Notes: generated by a model from the sequence alone, not told the origin. Numbered from the stretch's first letter, positions 9,522-19,008 are shown. The stretch is 64,000 bases of DNA from Novosphingobium sp. UBA6272 (GCF_002440635.1 NZ_DJUW01000006.1:29016-93015); one strand, 5' to 3'. A program made the numbers and translations.

Positions 9522-9600
9522 GCCTTCGGCCCGACAGGCTCAGCCGGAGCGGGTGTGGTGCTGAACTCCATTTCCCGCTCAGCCTGAGCCTGTCGAAGGC
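9522..9600. repeat. long imperfect palindromic intergenic element
   Basis: CGACAGGCTCAG (9532..9543) pairs with CTGAGCCTGTCG (9584..9595), and GAGCGGG pairs with CCCGCTC. This is a common alphaproteobacterial REP-type sequence. Confidence 0.7.
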
Positions 9601-9629
9601 CCCTCGTTTTACGAATGGGAGTTGAAGTG

Positions 9630-10718
9630 ATGAAAGCCGCAGTCCTGGTCGAACCGAACAAGCCGCTCGAGATCGAGCAGCTGCAGATCAGCAAGCCCGG
9701 CCCGCACGAGGTGCTGATCCGCACTGCGGCCTGCGGCCTGTGCCATTCGGACCTGCATTTCATCGAAGGGACCTATCCGCACCCGCTTCCGGCCGTGCCG
9801 GGCCACGAAGCAGCCGGGATCGTCGAGGCGGTCGGCAGCGAAGTGCGCACGGTCAAGGTCGGCGATGCGGTGGTCACCTGCCTTTCGGCCTTCTGCGGGC
9901 ACTGCGAATTCTGCGTCACGGGCCGCATGTCGCTGTGCCTGGGTGCTGACACCCGCCGCGCGCCCGGCAGCGAGCCGCGCCTCAGCCGCCCTGATGGCAG
10001 CCCGGTCGGGCAGATGCTCAACCTTTCGGCCTTTGCCGAAATGATGCTGATCCACGAACACGCCTGCACCCGGATCGACCCGGAAATGCCGCTCGATCGC
10101 GCTTCGGTGATCGGCTGCGCGGTGACCACCGGGGCCGGTACGATCTTCAACGCCTGCAAGGTGACGCCGGGTGAAACCGTGGCCGTGGTCGGCTGCGGCG
10201 GGGTTGGCCTCGCCGCGATCAACGCCGCCAAGATTGCCGGAGCGGGCAAGATCATCGCCGCCGATCCGATTGCCGAGAAGCGCGATCTGGCGATCAAGCT
10301 GGGAGCGACTCACACCGTCGATGCCCTGGCCGATGATGCCGCCGCGCAGATCATTGAACTGACCAAAGGCGGGGTCGATTATGCGATCGAAGCCGTCGGC
10401 CGTCCCGCCTCGGGCGAGCTGGCGGTCAAGTCGCTGCGCCGCGGCGGCACCGCGACGATCCTCGGCATGATGCCGCTCGGCCATTCGGTCGGCCTCAGCG
10501 CGATGGACCTCTTGTCGGGCAAGAAGCTGCAAGGCGCGATCATGGGGATGAACCACTTCCCGGTCGACATGCCGCGGCTGGTTGATTTCTACATGCGCGG
10601 GCTGCTTGACCTCGACACCCTGATTGCCGAGCGGATCCCGCTTGAGCGGATCAACGAAGGCTTCGAAACGATGAAATCGGCCACGGCCGCGCGCAGCGTG
10701 ATCGTGTTTGACCAGTAA
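9630..10718 (+). CDS. zinc-dependent alcohol dehydrogenase
   Basis: 'CGLCHSDLH' and 'GHEAAGIVEAVG' zinc-ADH signatures. A GGGAG RBS lies 9 nt before ATG 9630. Confidence 0.85.
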   Translation: MKAAVLVEPNKPLEIEQLQISKPGPHEVLIRTAACGLCHSDLHFIEGTYPHPLPAVPGHEAAGIVEAVGSEVRTVKVGDAVVTCLSAFCGHCEFCVTGRMSLCLGADTRRAPGSEPRLSRPDGSPVGQMLNLSAFAEMMLIHEHACTRIDPEMPLDRASVIGCAVTTGAGTIFNACKVTPGETVAVVGCGGVGLAAINAAKIAGAGKIIAADPIAEKRDLAIKLGATHTVDALADDAAAQIIELTKGGVDYAIEAVGRPASGELAVKSLRRGGTATILGMMPLGHSVGLSAMDLLSGKKLQGAIMGMNHFPVDMPRLVDFYMRGLLDLDTLIAERIPLERINEGFETMKSATAARSVIVFDQ

Positions 10719-10729
10719 GCGAGGCAGCG

Positions 10730-11803
10730 ATGACTGAAGCGATCAACGCCGACGAGGCCTTTGTCGGCACGGTCGAGCCCGAAGGCGCCGACAAGCTCGA
10801 CGAAGGCAAGCTGACAGAATGGATGCAGGCCAATGTCGCGGGCTTCGAAGGCCCGTTGCACCTGACCAAGTTCAAGGGCGGGCAATCGAACCCGACCTAC
10901 AAGGTCGAAGCGAAGAGCGGCAATTACGTGCTGCGGCGCAAGCCGTTCGGCCCCTTGCTGCCCAGCGCCCACGCGGTTGACCGCGAATACAAGGTCCAGA
11001 ACGCGCTCAACAAGGCGGGCTTTCCGGCGGCGAAGCAATATGGCCTGTGCACTGACGACAGCGTGGTCGGATCGTGGTTCTACATCATGGACATGGTCGA
11101 CGGGAAAACGATCTGGGACGGTGCCATGCCCGGCGCCGATCCGGCCTATCGCCGGGCGACCTATTTCGCGATGATCGACACGCTGGCGCAGCTTCACAGC
11201 GTCGATGTCGAAGCCGCCAGCCTGGCCGATTTCGGCAAGCCCGGCAATTATTTCGGCCGCCAGGTCGATCGCTGGACCAAGCAGTACAAGCTCTCCGAAA
11301 CCGAGCACATGCCCGACATGGAGCGGCTGATCGAGTGGCTGCCCGCGACCCTGCCCGAGCAGACCCGGACCTCGGTGGTCCACGGCGATTATCGGATCGA
11401 CAACATGATCTGGGCCAGGGACGAGCCCAAGGTTCTGGCGGTGCTGGACTGGGAGCTTTCGACCCTGGGCGATCCGCTCGGCGATTTCTCCTACGTCTGC
11501 ATGGCCTATGTCACCGAGAACGGTGGGCGCTCGGGCGTGCAGGATCTCGATCGCAAGGCGCTCGGCATTCCGGAGCTGGAGGAAGTGGTCGAACGCTATT
11601 GCGCCGCTACCGGCCGCAGCAGCGTGCCTGACATGAACTGGCTGTTCGCCTACAACTTCTTCCGCCTTGCCGGGATTCTGCAAGGCATCAAGAAGCGCGT
11701 GATCGACGGCACCGCCAGCTCCGCCCACGCCAAAGCCCAGTCCGACCGGGTCCAGCCGCTGATCGACCGCGCGACCGAGTTTGCGAAGAAGGCGGGGATG
11801 TAA
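10730..11803 (+). CDS. APH-like phosphotransferase (ACAD10/11 N-terminal kinase-domain homologue)
   Basis: 'GGQSNPTY', 'LPSAHAVDREY', 'VVHGDYRIDN' and 'LDWELSTLGDPL' are collinear with the kinase domain of ACAD10/11. Confidence 0.85.
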   Translation: MTEAINADEAFVGTVEPEGADKLDEGKLTEWMQANVAGFEGPLHLTKFKGGQSNPTYKVEAKSGNYVLRRKPFGPLLPSAHAVDREYKVQNALNKAGFPAAKQYGLCTDDSVVGSWFYIMDMVDGKTIWDGAMPGADPAYRRATYFAMIDTLAQLHSVDVEAASLADFGKPGNYFGRQVDRWTKQYKLSETEHMPDMERLIEWLPATLPEQTRTSVVHGDYRIDNMIWARDEPKVLAVLDWELSTLGDPLGDFSYVCMAYVTENGGRSGVQDLDRKALGIPELEEVVERYCAATGRSSVPDMNWLFAYNFFRLAGILQGIKKRVIDGTASSAHAKAQSDRVQPLIDRATEFAKKAGM

Positions 11804-11822
11804 TCCGCGCCGGCAGGCCCGC

Positions 11823-13079
11823 TTACCCCTGCTTCACCACACCGCGCGTTTCCAGCGCGTCGAGCGCAGCCTTGTCGAGACCCAGCCATTCGCCCAGCAG
11901 CTCGCGGGTCTGCTCGCCCACCTTGGGCGGGTGATAGCGATAGTCGGCCGGGGTGGCGGAGAGCTTGCCCGGATAGGCCACGCTGGGAATTTCAACCCCG
12001 TCCGCACGCGTGAAGCGGTGGACCGTATGGCGCGCCTCGACAAACGGATCGGCGAACACGTCTTCGACCGTGTTGACCGGGCCGACCGGCACACCCGCCG
12101 CCTCAAGCCGGGCGATCAGGCCGTCGCGGGTCTGATCACGCACCAGACCGCGCATGATCTCCTCGATCGCATCGCGGTTGATCACCCGGGCCGAGGCAGT
12201 GGCAAAACGCGGATCGCTGCCCAGCTCGGCCACGCCCATTTCCTCGCAGAAAGCGCGGAACTGGCTGTCGTTGCCGATCGCGATGATCACCGTGCCGTCG
12301 GTCACCGCAAAGGTGGTGTAAGGCACCACGGTGGGATGGCGATTGCCCATCCGCCCCGGTACCACCCCGCCGACCAGATAACTTGAAGCCTGGTTGGCCA
12401 GCATCGCGATCTGGGTATCAAGCAGCGAAATGTCGATCTGCTGCCCCTCGCCGGTCCGCTCGGCATGGCGCAGCGCGGCGAGGATCGAGACCGTGGCGTA
12501 CATGCCCGTCGCCAGATCGGCCATTGCCACGCCGACCTTGAGCGGCGGACCATCAGCCTCGCCGGTCACGCTCATCAGCCCGCCCATGCCCTGGGCGAGG
12601 AAATCGTATCCCCCGCGCGCGGCATAGGGGCCGTCCTGACCGAAACCGGTGATCGAACAATAGACGATTGCCGGGTTGATCGCCCGGATGCTGGCATAGT
12701 CGAGCCCGTATTTGGCCAGCCCACCGGTCTTGAAATTCTCCACCAGCACGTCGGCTTCGGCAGCGAGGCGTCGGATCAGTTCGGCCCCTTCGGGCGCGGC
12801 AATATCGATCGCGGCCGAGCGCTTGTTGCGGTTGGCGCAGAGGTAGTAGGCGCTTTCGCGGGGGTCGTCGCTGCCATCGGGCAGCTTCAGGAACGGCGGA
12901 CCCCAGCCGCGGGTGTCGTCGCCCTTGCCCGGCTGCTCGACCTTGAACACGTCGGCCCCGAAATCGGCGAGGATCTGGGTCGACCACGGCCCCGCCAGCA
13001 CCCGCGACAGATCGAGCACTTTAACCCCTTCGAGCGCGCGCGGCGCGGCCTGGCTATCGGCTTGCAGCTGTTCGTTCAT
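11823..13079 (-). CDS. CaiB/BaiF family (class III) CoA-transferase
   Basis: 'LEGVKVLDLSRVLAGPW...LADFGADVFKVE' N-terminus. Start at ATG 13079 (MNEQLQ). Confidence 0.85.
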   Translation of the reverse strand: MNEQLQADSQAAPRALEGVKVLDLSRVLAGPWSTQILADFGADVFKVEQPGKGDDTRGWGPPFLKLPDGSDDPRESAYYLCANRNKRSAAIDIAAPEGAELIRRLAAEADVLVENFKTGGLAKYGLDYASIRAINPAIVYCSITGFGQDGPYAARGGYDFLAQGMGGLMSVTGEADGPPLKVGVAMADLATGMYATVSILAALRHAERTGEGQQIDISLLDTQIAMLANQASSYLVGGVVPGRMGNRHPTVVPYTTFAVTDGTVIIAIGNDSQFRAFCEEMGVAELGSDPRFATASARVINRDAIEEIMRGLVRDQTRDGLIARLEAAGVPVGPVNTVEDVFADPFVEARHTVHRFTRADGVEIPSVAYPGKLSATPADYRYHPPKVGEQTRELLGEWLGLDKAALDALETRGVVKQG

Positions 13080-13185
13080 GGCCGATCCCATGCCGCCGGG
13101 CGGTGGCGAGCGCAAGCACTCGCTTGCCCCGGCGGCGCGCAGGCTCTAGGCCGCAAGCGCACTGAACTCTGGGAGCCTGCCTTAC

Positions 13186-14046
13186 ATGTCTGCCGAACTA
13201 GCCGCCGCCATCGAACAAGCCTGGGAGGCCCGCGATGGGGTAACCCCCGCCAGCGCCGATGTGCGCGAAGTGGTCGAAGCTGCGCTGGAACTGCTCGACA
13301 ATGGCCAGGCGCGTGTGGCGGAACCGGACGGGAGTGGCGGCTGGAAGGTCAACCAGTGGCTCAAGAAGGCGGTGCTGCTCAGCTTCCGGCTGAACGATAA
13401 CGTGCTGGTGGAGACCATGCCTTCCTACATCGGCGCGAAATGGACACCTGGCCCATGGTTCGACAAAGTCCCGTCGAAGTTCGCTGGCTGGGATGAAGCG
13501 CGCTTTCGCGCCGCCGGAATCCGCGCCGTGCCCGGTTCGTTCGTCCGGCGCGGCGCGCATATCGGCCGCAACGTCGTGCTGATGCCCAGCTTCGTCAACC
13601 TTGGTGCACATGTCGGCGAGGGGACCATGATCGATACCTGGGCCTCGGTCGGCTCCTGCGCGCAGGTTGGCAGCAATTGCCATATTTCCGCCGGGGCGGG
13701 GATCGGCGGGGTGCTGGAGCCGCTCCAGGCCAATCCGACCATCATTGGCGACAACTGCTTCATCGGCGCGCGCTCGGAAATTGTTGAAGGGGTGATCGTC
13801 GGCGAGGGCTGCGTCGTAGCTATGGGGGTGTTCATCACCGCGACCAGCAAGATCGTCCACCGCGAAACCGGAGAGGTGATCACCGGCCACATTCCGCCCT
13901 ACAGTGTGGTTGTGCCCGGCGCGATGCCCGGAAGGCAGCTGCCCGACGGCAGCCCGGGACCCTCGCTGGCCTGCGCGGTGATCGTCAAGACCGTCGACGC
14001 CCAAACCCGCGCCAAGACCGCGATCAACGACCTGCTGCGCGATTAG
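13186..14046 (+). CDS. dapD: 2,3,4,5-tetrahydropyridine-2,6-dicarboxylate N-succinyltransferase
   Basis: Full-length DapD-like sequence with hexapeptide repeats. Confidence 0.9.
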   Translation: MSAELAAAIEQAWEARDGVTPASADVREVVEAALELLDNGQARVAEPDGSGGWKVNQWLKKAVLLSFRLNDNVLVETMPSYIGAKWTPGPWFDKVPSKFAGWDEARFRAAGIRAVPGSFVRRGAHIGRNVVLMPSFVNLGAHVGEGTMIDTWASVGSCAQVGSNCHISAGAGIGGVLEPLQANPTIIGDNCFIGARSEIVEGVIVGEGCVVAMGVFITATSKIVHRETGEVITGHIPPYSVVVPGAMPGRQLPDGSPGPSLACAVIVKTVDAQTRAKTAINDLLRD

Positions 14047-14049
14047 GCA

Positions 14050-14484
14050 ATGCCCCCGCTGATCGCCCAGTTTGCCGTCTCGACCATGATGGCGGTGGCG
14101 TGCGTGGTGATCCATGGGGTCGGGCTGTTCAGCCTCGCCCGCGCGCTGCGGACCGAGGCAGCGGTGGAGCGGCTCAAGCGGATCGCCCCGCTGAGCCCGC
14201 GCGGGGTGGCCTTTACCCTGGGCATCGTGGTTGCGATCCTGGCGCTGCACGGGCTGGAGATCTGGCTGTTCACCTTCGTCTACCTGGGTCTGGGGGCGAT
14301 CTCGGGGCTGGAAGACGCGCTCTATTTCTCGACCATCAGCTATTCGACCGTCGGTTACAACGATACCCATATCGATCCGGCCTGGCGCTTGCTGGGGGCG
14401 TTCCAGTCGATCCTCGGGATGGTCCTGATCGGCTGGTCGACCGCGTTCTTCTTTCGGATGCTGGGGCGGATCGAGGCGCACTAA
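14050..14484 (+). CDS. small two-TM ion-channel protein (K+ channel-like pore)
   Basis: The pore-loop-like 'YFSTISYSTVGYND' lies between hydrophobic helices. The filter reads TVGYN rather than TVGYG. Confidence 0.65.
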   Translation: MPPLIAQFAVSTMMAVACVVIHGVGLFSLARALRTEAAVERLKRIAPLSPRGVAFTLGIVVAILALHGLEIWLFTFVYLGLGAISGLEDALYFSTISYSTVGYNDTHIDPAWRLLGAFQSILGMVLIGWSTAFFFRMLGRIEAH

Positions 14485-15200
14485 AGCGCGTAAGGCAGCA
14501 TTGCTTCGTAATAGAACCGGCACTGCCGGGCGAGTTCGGCCGCTGTGCCGCCTAGCTCCGGCAAAGGTCCCGGCGGCGGGCCGAAACCGGTCGAGCGGGC
14601 GACCTGATCGTACCAGTGGCTCGCCCAGACCCCGTCCTCGGGATGGATTCCGGGTTGCCATGCCAGCATCGCCGGATCGCGGGCGATGCCCAGCCGGTTG
14701 CAAAGCAGGCCAAGCTTGGTCGCCGGATCGGCGAGGAAGCTGGTGGTATCGATCACCGGCGGATCAAGCCCTTCACTGAGCGCCCATTCGAAATATTCGA
14801 GGAGCCGGGCATAGCCGAGATCCTCGAACCGCGCTTCGCCCCGCTTGACGCCATAACTCGCGATCACCCGCTCCGGCTCGCGGATCAGGAAGGCGTGGGC
14901 GTGCCCGGGAAAGTCACGGATCGATATCGGCCCTTCCATGTGATGGGGCATGTGCTTCTGATACCAGACTGTCTTGCTGCCCGGGGCAGGGCCGCGCAGC
15001 GTTTCGGCGACGCTGGCCCAGTCGCAGTCCATTGCCGCGATCACTTCGGCGGCCATCGGGTGGTCGGCTCCGGTTTCCTTCAGGAACGCGCCATAGAACG
15101 GCTCATCGCTGACCGCGCAATCGGCGCGTGCGCCAAAGCTGCGCATCATCGTGGTGGAGATGTTGCGCGGGCCCGACCACATCGCGATGCGCAGGGTCAT
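14481..15200 (-). CDS. sulfotransferase-like P-loop protein (uncharacterised)
   Basis: Starts MTLRIAMWSGPRNISTTMM (PSB-loop-like). The ATG overlaps the upstream stop (ATGA at 15197..15200). The remainder of ORF 14481..16175 is an out-of-frame artefact. Confidence 0.6.
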   Translation of the reverse strand: MTLRIAMWSGPRNISTTMMRSFGARADCAVSDEPFYGAFLKETGADHPMAAEVIAAMDCDWASVAETLRGPAPGSKTVWYQKHMPHHMEGPISIRDFPGHAHAFLIREPERVIASYGVKRGEARFEDLGYARLLEYFEWALSEGLDPPVIDTTSFLADPATKLGLLCNRLGIARDPAMLAWQPGIHPEDGVWASHWYDQVARSTGFGPPPGPLPELGGTAAELARQCRFYYEAMLPYAL

Positions 15201-16123
15201 GCGGCGTCGCGGTCCATCAGTGCCTTGTAGAGCCCCTGCAGCCGCTCGACCATCGGCCCGCGCCCGTCGGTCAGCTTGCGGCCGTCGATTTCGGTAACCG
15301 GCACCACCCCGGCAAAGGTCCCGGTCACGAAGGCTTCGTCGGCGCCGTGGACTTCGGTCAACGAGAAGTTCTTCTCGAACACCGGGATCCCGGCCTCGCG
15401 GCAGACCCGGATCACGTTGGCGCGGGTGATGCCGGCGAGGCAATAATCCCCGCTCGACGTCCAGACCTCTCCCTTGCGGACGATGAAGAAGTGGGTCGAA
15501 TTGCAGGTTGCGACGAAGCCGTGCGGATCGAGCATCAGTGCCTCGTCGGCCCCGGCCTGGGCGGCCTGGATGCAGGCGGTGATGCAGTTGAGCTTGGAAT
15601 GCGAATTGAGCTTGGGGTCCTGCACTGCAGGATCGCCGCGGCGGACATGGACGGTGAACAGGCGGATGCCCTTTTCGATCGTCGCGGGTAGCGGCGCCTT
15701 GAATTCGGGGATGATGACGACCGTCGCCGGAGAGATCACGACGCGGGGATCCTGATAAGGAGTCGAACGGATCCCGCGTGTCACCATCAGGCGGATATGC
15801 ACGCCCTGTTCGCCGCGCATCGCATTGGCATCGATCGTCTCGTCCAGCCGCTGGATCAGTTCCTCGCGGCTCAGGCCAACGTCCATCATGATCGCCTTGG
15901 CCCCTTCGTAGAGCCGGTCGAGGTGGGCATCGAGGAAGGCGAAACGGCCCTTGTGCAGCCGCAGCCCTTCCCACACCCCGTCGCCCAGCATGAAGCCCGA
16001 ATCGAACACCGAGACGACAGCCTGGGGGCGCGGCACCAGATCGCCGTTGATATTGATCAGGATGCCCGCGTTGCGCGGATCGTCGTGATAGCTGTGCGTG
16101 CCCAGCGCCTGCTGCTCGGCCAT
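15197..16123 (-). CDS. class IV (branched-chain / D-amino-acid) aminotransferase
   Basis: 308 aa starting at MAEQQALG with a fold-type IV pattern. ATGA overlap with the dipeptidase stop at 16123. Confidence 0.85.
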   Translation of the reverse strand: MAEQQALGTHSYHDDPRNAGILININGDLVPRPQAVVSVFDSGFMLGDGVWEGLRLHKGRFAFLDAHLDRLYEGAKAIMMDVGLSREELIQRLDETIDANAMRGEQGVHIRLMVTRGIRSTPYQDPRVVISPATVVIIPEFKAPLPATIEKGIRLFTVHVRRGDPAVQDPKLNSHSKLNCITACIQAAQAGADEALMLDPHGFVATCNSTHFFIVRKGEVWTSSGDYCLAGITRANVIRVCREAGIPVFEKNFSLTEVHGADEAFVTGTFAGVVPVTEIDGRKLTDGRGPMVERLQGLYKALMDRDAA

Positions 16124-17397
16124 CAGAAGCTGACCGGATTTTCGTATGGAACCACCCCGCGCTGGCTGGCGGCATAGGCTTCGGCCGCCTTCAGCACCCG
16201 CATCATATTGCGGCTGGCGAGCTTTTCGAGGTCCTGCTGGCTCCAGCCGCGCCGGGCGAGTTCGGTGAACAGCGCGGGATAGGCCGAAGCATCTTCCAAC
16301 CCGGCAACTGCAACCTCGATCCCGTCGAGATCGCCGCCAAGTCCGACGTGATCGACGCCGATCCGCTTGGCGATGTAATCGAGATGGTCGGCGACATCCG
16401 CAACCGAACCGCGCGGCATCGGGTTGGCCTTGTCCCAATCGGCGAGCGCCGCCTTGACCAGATCGGGCCGGCCGCGGTTGAGCGCCTTGAAGCGGGCTTC
16501 GGCGGCGTCGCGTTCTGCGCCCCACAGCCGGGCCGCTTCGACCACATAGGGCGGGTAGAAGTTGACCATCACGATCCCGCCGTTGGCCTTGATCGCATCG
16601 AGCACGCCGTCGGGGACGTTGCGCGGATGGTGGTTGAGCGCAAAGGCGTTCGAATGGCTGACGATCACCGGCGCCTTGGCCACCTCCAGCGCGTCGTACA
16701 TGGTCTTCTCGCTGACGTGGGCCAGATCGACCAGCATGCCAAGCCGCTGCATTTCCCGCACCACATCCTTGCCCAGCGGGGTCAGCCCGTTGTGCGCCGG
16801 AGCGTCGGTCGAGGAATCGGCCCAGGCGTTGTTCTTGAAATGGGTCAGCGTCATGTAGCGCGCGCCCAGCGCATACATCTGGCGCAGCACGGCCAGACTG
16901 CCGCCGATCGAATGGCCGCCTTCCATGCCCATCAGGCTGGCGATCCGGCCCTTTTTCCAGGCCGCTTCGACACAGGCCGAATCCATGCACAGCATCAGCG
17001 CATCGGGATAGCGCGCGACCAGCCGCTTGGTCACGTCGAGCTGTTCCAGCGTGGCCTGCACCGCCTGCTGGTCGGTCAGGTTGGCCGAGACATAGACCGA
17101 CCAGAACTGTGCCCCGATCTTGCCGGCGCGCATCCGCCTGAGGTCGGTTTGCATCGCGCCGACGTTGGCGGCCGGATCGGCGGTGTTGGTGGTATCGGTG
17201 AAATCGAAATTGCCGAGCACGTTCTTGCGCCGGTCGCGGAGCTGCTCGGGCACGTCGTTGTGCCCGTCCCACACCGGCGCGGCGGCCAGCGCGGCCATGG
17301 CGACCTGCTCGGGCGAGCGGGCCGGGGCGGCGGGCAGGGCCGCGCCGAAGGCAAAGGTGGCAAGCAGCGAGCCGGCAAGCAGCAAGGGATGGCGCAT
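16123..17397 (-). CDS. M19 membrane/renal-type dipeptidase with signal peptide
   Basis: 'VWDGHNDVPEQLR' metal-binding motif and a hydrophobic N-terminal leader. Confidence 0.85.
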   Translation of the reverse strand: MRHPLLLAGSLLATFAFGAALPAAPARSPEQVAMAALAAAPVWDGHNDVPEQLRDRRKNVLGNFDFTDTTNTADPAANVGAMQTDLRRMRAGKIGAQFWSVYVSANLTDQQAVQATLEQLDVTKRLVARYPDALMLCMDSACVEAAWKKGRIASLMGMEGGHSIGGSLAVLRQMYALGARYMTLTHFKNNAWADSSTDAPAHNGLTPLGKDVVREMQRLGMLVDLAHVSEKTMYDALEVAKAPVIVSHSNAFALNHHPRNVPDGVLDAIKANGGIVMVNFYPPYVVEAARLWGAERDAAEARFKALNRGRPDLVKAALADWDKANPMPRGSVADVADHLDYIAKRIGVDHVGLGGDLDGIEVAVAGLEDASAYPALFTELARRGWSQQDLEKLASRNMMRVLKAAEAYAASQRGVVPYENPVSF

Positions 17398-17430
17398 GAT
17401 GTTCTGGTCCCGGATGGTTTCGGGCCGAAC

Positions 17431-18591
17431 CTAGCCAAGCTCTCCGGCCAGGTCGAGCAGCTTGAGCATCACCGCGCCGCCGCATTGCTTGGAGCGGGCA
17501 TTGGGATCGAACTTGCCATCTGCAACGAACTTGCCGCGGCTGTACAGCGAGGAGAATGACCACAGATAGGGGCTGGCCCGCCCGGCCCGGCGATAACCGA
17601 AACCGTTGTAGGCTTCGAGCCGGTGCAGCATGCGCGGCACCGACCAGTCGCTCTGGCCGGCGAAGCCAAGCAGCCGCAACGCATCGGCCGCGCTCGATTC
17701 CCAGTCGCTTGGCGGCAGCCAGACCGAAGGCCGCCCGGCCGGAACCTGACGGGTTCGCTGGCTTAGTGGGAAATCGCCGTTGTGGAGGTGCGCGCGAAAG
17801 TTGAAGCTTGCTTCCAGCCCGTGAATCGCGGCGATGAACGCCCAGGGAATGGCGAAGCGTTTGCCAAGCCGTTCATAGCGGGGCCGGGCCTGCTTCATCT
17901 GGGCCAGATGCCAGTCCGTACTTTCCTTGTATTCCGGACGCAGCCGCGCGGCGGCGAACCAGGCAGCATATTCATCGGCCAGCGCGTCGAATTTGATCGC
18001 GGTCGTGACCGGCGGCAGCGCGGTTTCGATCGGCGGGGGCGTGGTGCCGGGCAATTCAATCGGGCCAGTGATGACCGGCTGCGGCTCGACTTCTTCGGGT
18101 AGCAGTGGCGCGGCCAGCCGGGCCGGGCGGTAAGCGGACGGGAAAGACAGCCCGGCATTGGCCTGAGCCGACGCAGGGGAGGAGAGGCTTTCGCCGAACC
18201 ATGCGTCGGGCGGATCGTATTCACTCCGATGGAGTTTGGCGAGCAGGCCGCCGGCCCGCTCGGCCAGCAAGGGCGCGCGGCGCTCTGACCGGTCGATCAG
18301 GGCGACCAGCCGCGGCATCGCGATCTGGTAAAGCTGGTCGGGCGAGACCTGCAGCTGGCCTTCGTGGAACGACAGCGGCGAAGCGGGCAGGCGCAGCGCC
18401 TTGGCCTGCTGCTCCAGCTGGGCGATCTCGCCGATCAGGCCGACTGCTTCGAGCGCTTCGCCCGGAACCAACGAGCGCAGCGGCGCGGGCAGTTTGGATT
18501 CCAGCACGCCGCGCAGATCCGGTGCGGCCAGCGCGGCGGCCATCGCCGCGCCGCCGGTCAGGAACTGGCGCCTGTCAGAGCGTGATTGCAT
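17431..18591 (-). CDS. Tat-signal secreted protein, function unknown (possibly cell-wall active)
   Basis: Twin-arginine leader 'SDRRQFLTGGAAMAA'. The C-terminal region has no firm family call. Confidence 0.55.
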   Translation of the reverse strand: MQSRSDRRQFLTGGAAMAAALAAPDLRGVLESKLPAPLRSLVPGEALEAVGLIGEIAQLEQQAKALRLPASPLSFHEGQLQVSPDQLYQIAMPRLVALIDRSERRAPLLAERAGGLLAKLHRSEYDPPDAWFGESLSSPASAQANAGLSFPSAYRPARLAAPLLPEEVEPQPVITGPIELPGTTPPPIETALPPVTTAIKFDALADEYAAWFAAARLRPEYKESTDWHLAQMKQARPRYERLGKRFAIPWAFIAAIHGLEASFNFRAHLHNGDFPLSQRTRQVPAGRPSVWLPPSDWESSAADALRLLGFAGQSDWSVPRMLHRLEAYNGFGYRRAGRASPYLWSFSSLYSRGKFVADGKFDPNARSKQCGGAVMLKLLDLAGELG

Positions 18592-18640
18592 CGACTCGTC
18601 TCCGGGGCGAAGTCTAGCACTGACAAGCGCTTATGCCGAG

Positions 18641-18895
18641 TCAGCCTTCGGCTTCGCGCTCGAACGCAGCGCCGCCGCCGACCTTTGCGGCCAATCGGCC
18701 CAACATCGCCAGCACCACCACTGCGATTACGGTGGCGAGAATGGCATAGGTGTAAAGCCCGGCCAGGTCCTCTCCCAAACCCATTAAGGCCAGTGTGGTC
18801 TTGATGGCTTCGTTCCAGGCGAGTGCCGCCACCAGCCCCAGCGAGGCAGAAGCGAGCGAGATCATGGTTTGCACCATTGCGCGCGGATCGGTCAT
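18641..18895 (-). CDS. small two-TM membrane protein (DUF5654-like)
   Basis: 84 aa. 'LVAALAWNEAIKT' resembles DUF5654 as I recall it. Confidence 0.55.
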   Translation of the reverse strand: MTDPRAMVQTMISLASASLGLVAALAWNEAIKTTLALMGLGEDLAGLYTYAILATVIAVVVLAMLGRLAAKVGGGAAFEREAEG

Positions 18896-19008
18896 GGTAA
18901 TGCTCCCCTTGGTCAGTAAAATCCGCCGGTCAACCTATTCGCAGCCGCGCGCCGGGCAAGCCGTCAAATGCGCTTGCGCACAGGGAATTTCCGTGGCTGG
19001 GGTGCAGG

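Noticed and set aside
14481-17563. The 564-aa and 788-aa ORFs in the track look like large fusion proteins.
   Set aside because: Their N-terminal parts are out-of-frame read-through over the neighbouring genes. Clean ATGA junctions at 15197-15200 and 16123 and family-length products show three separate genes.
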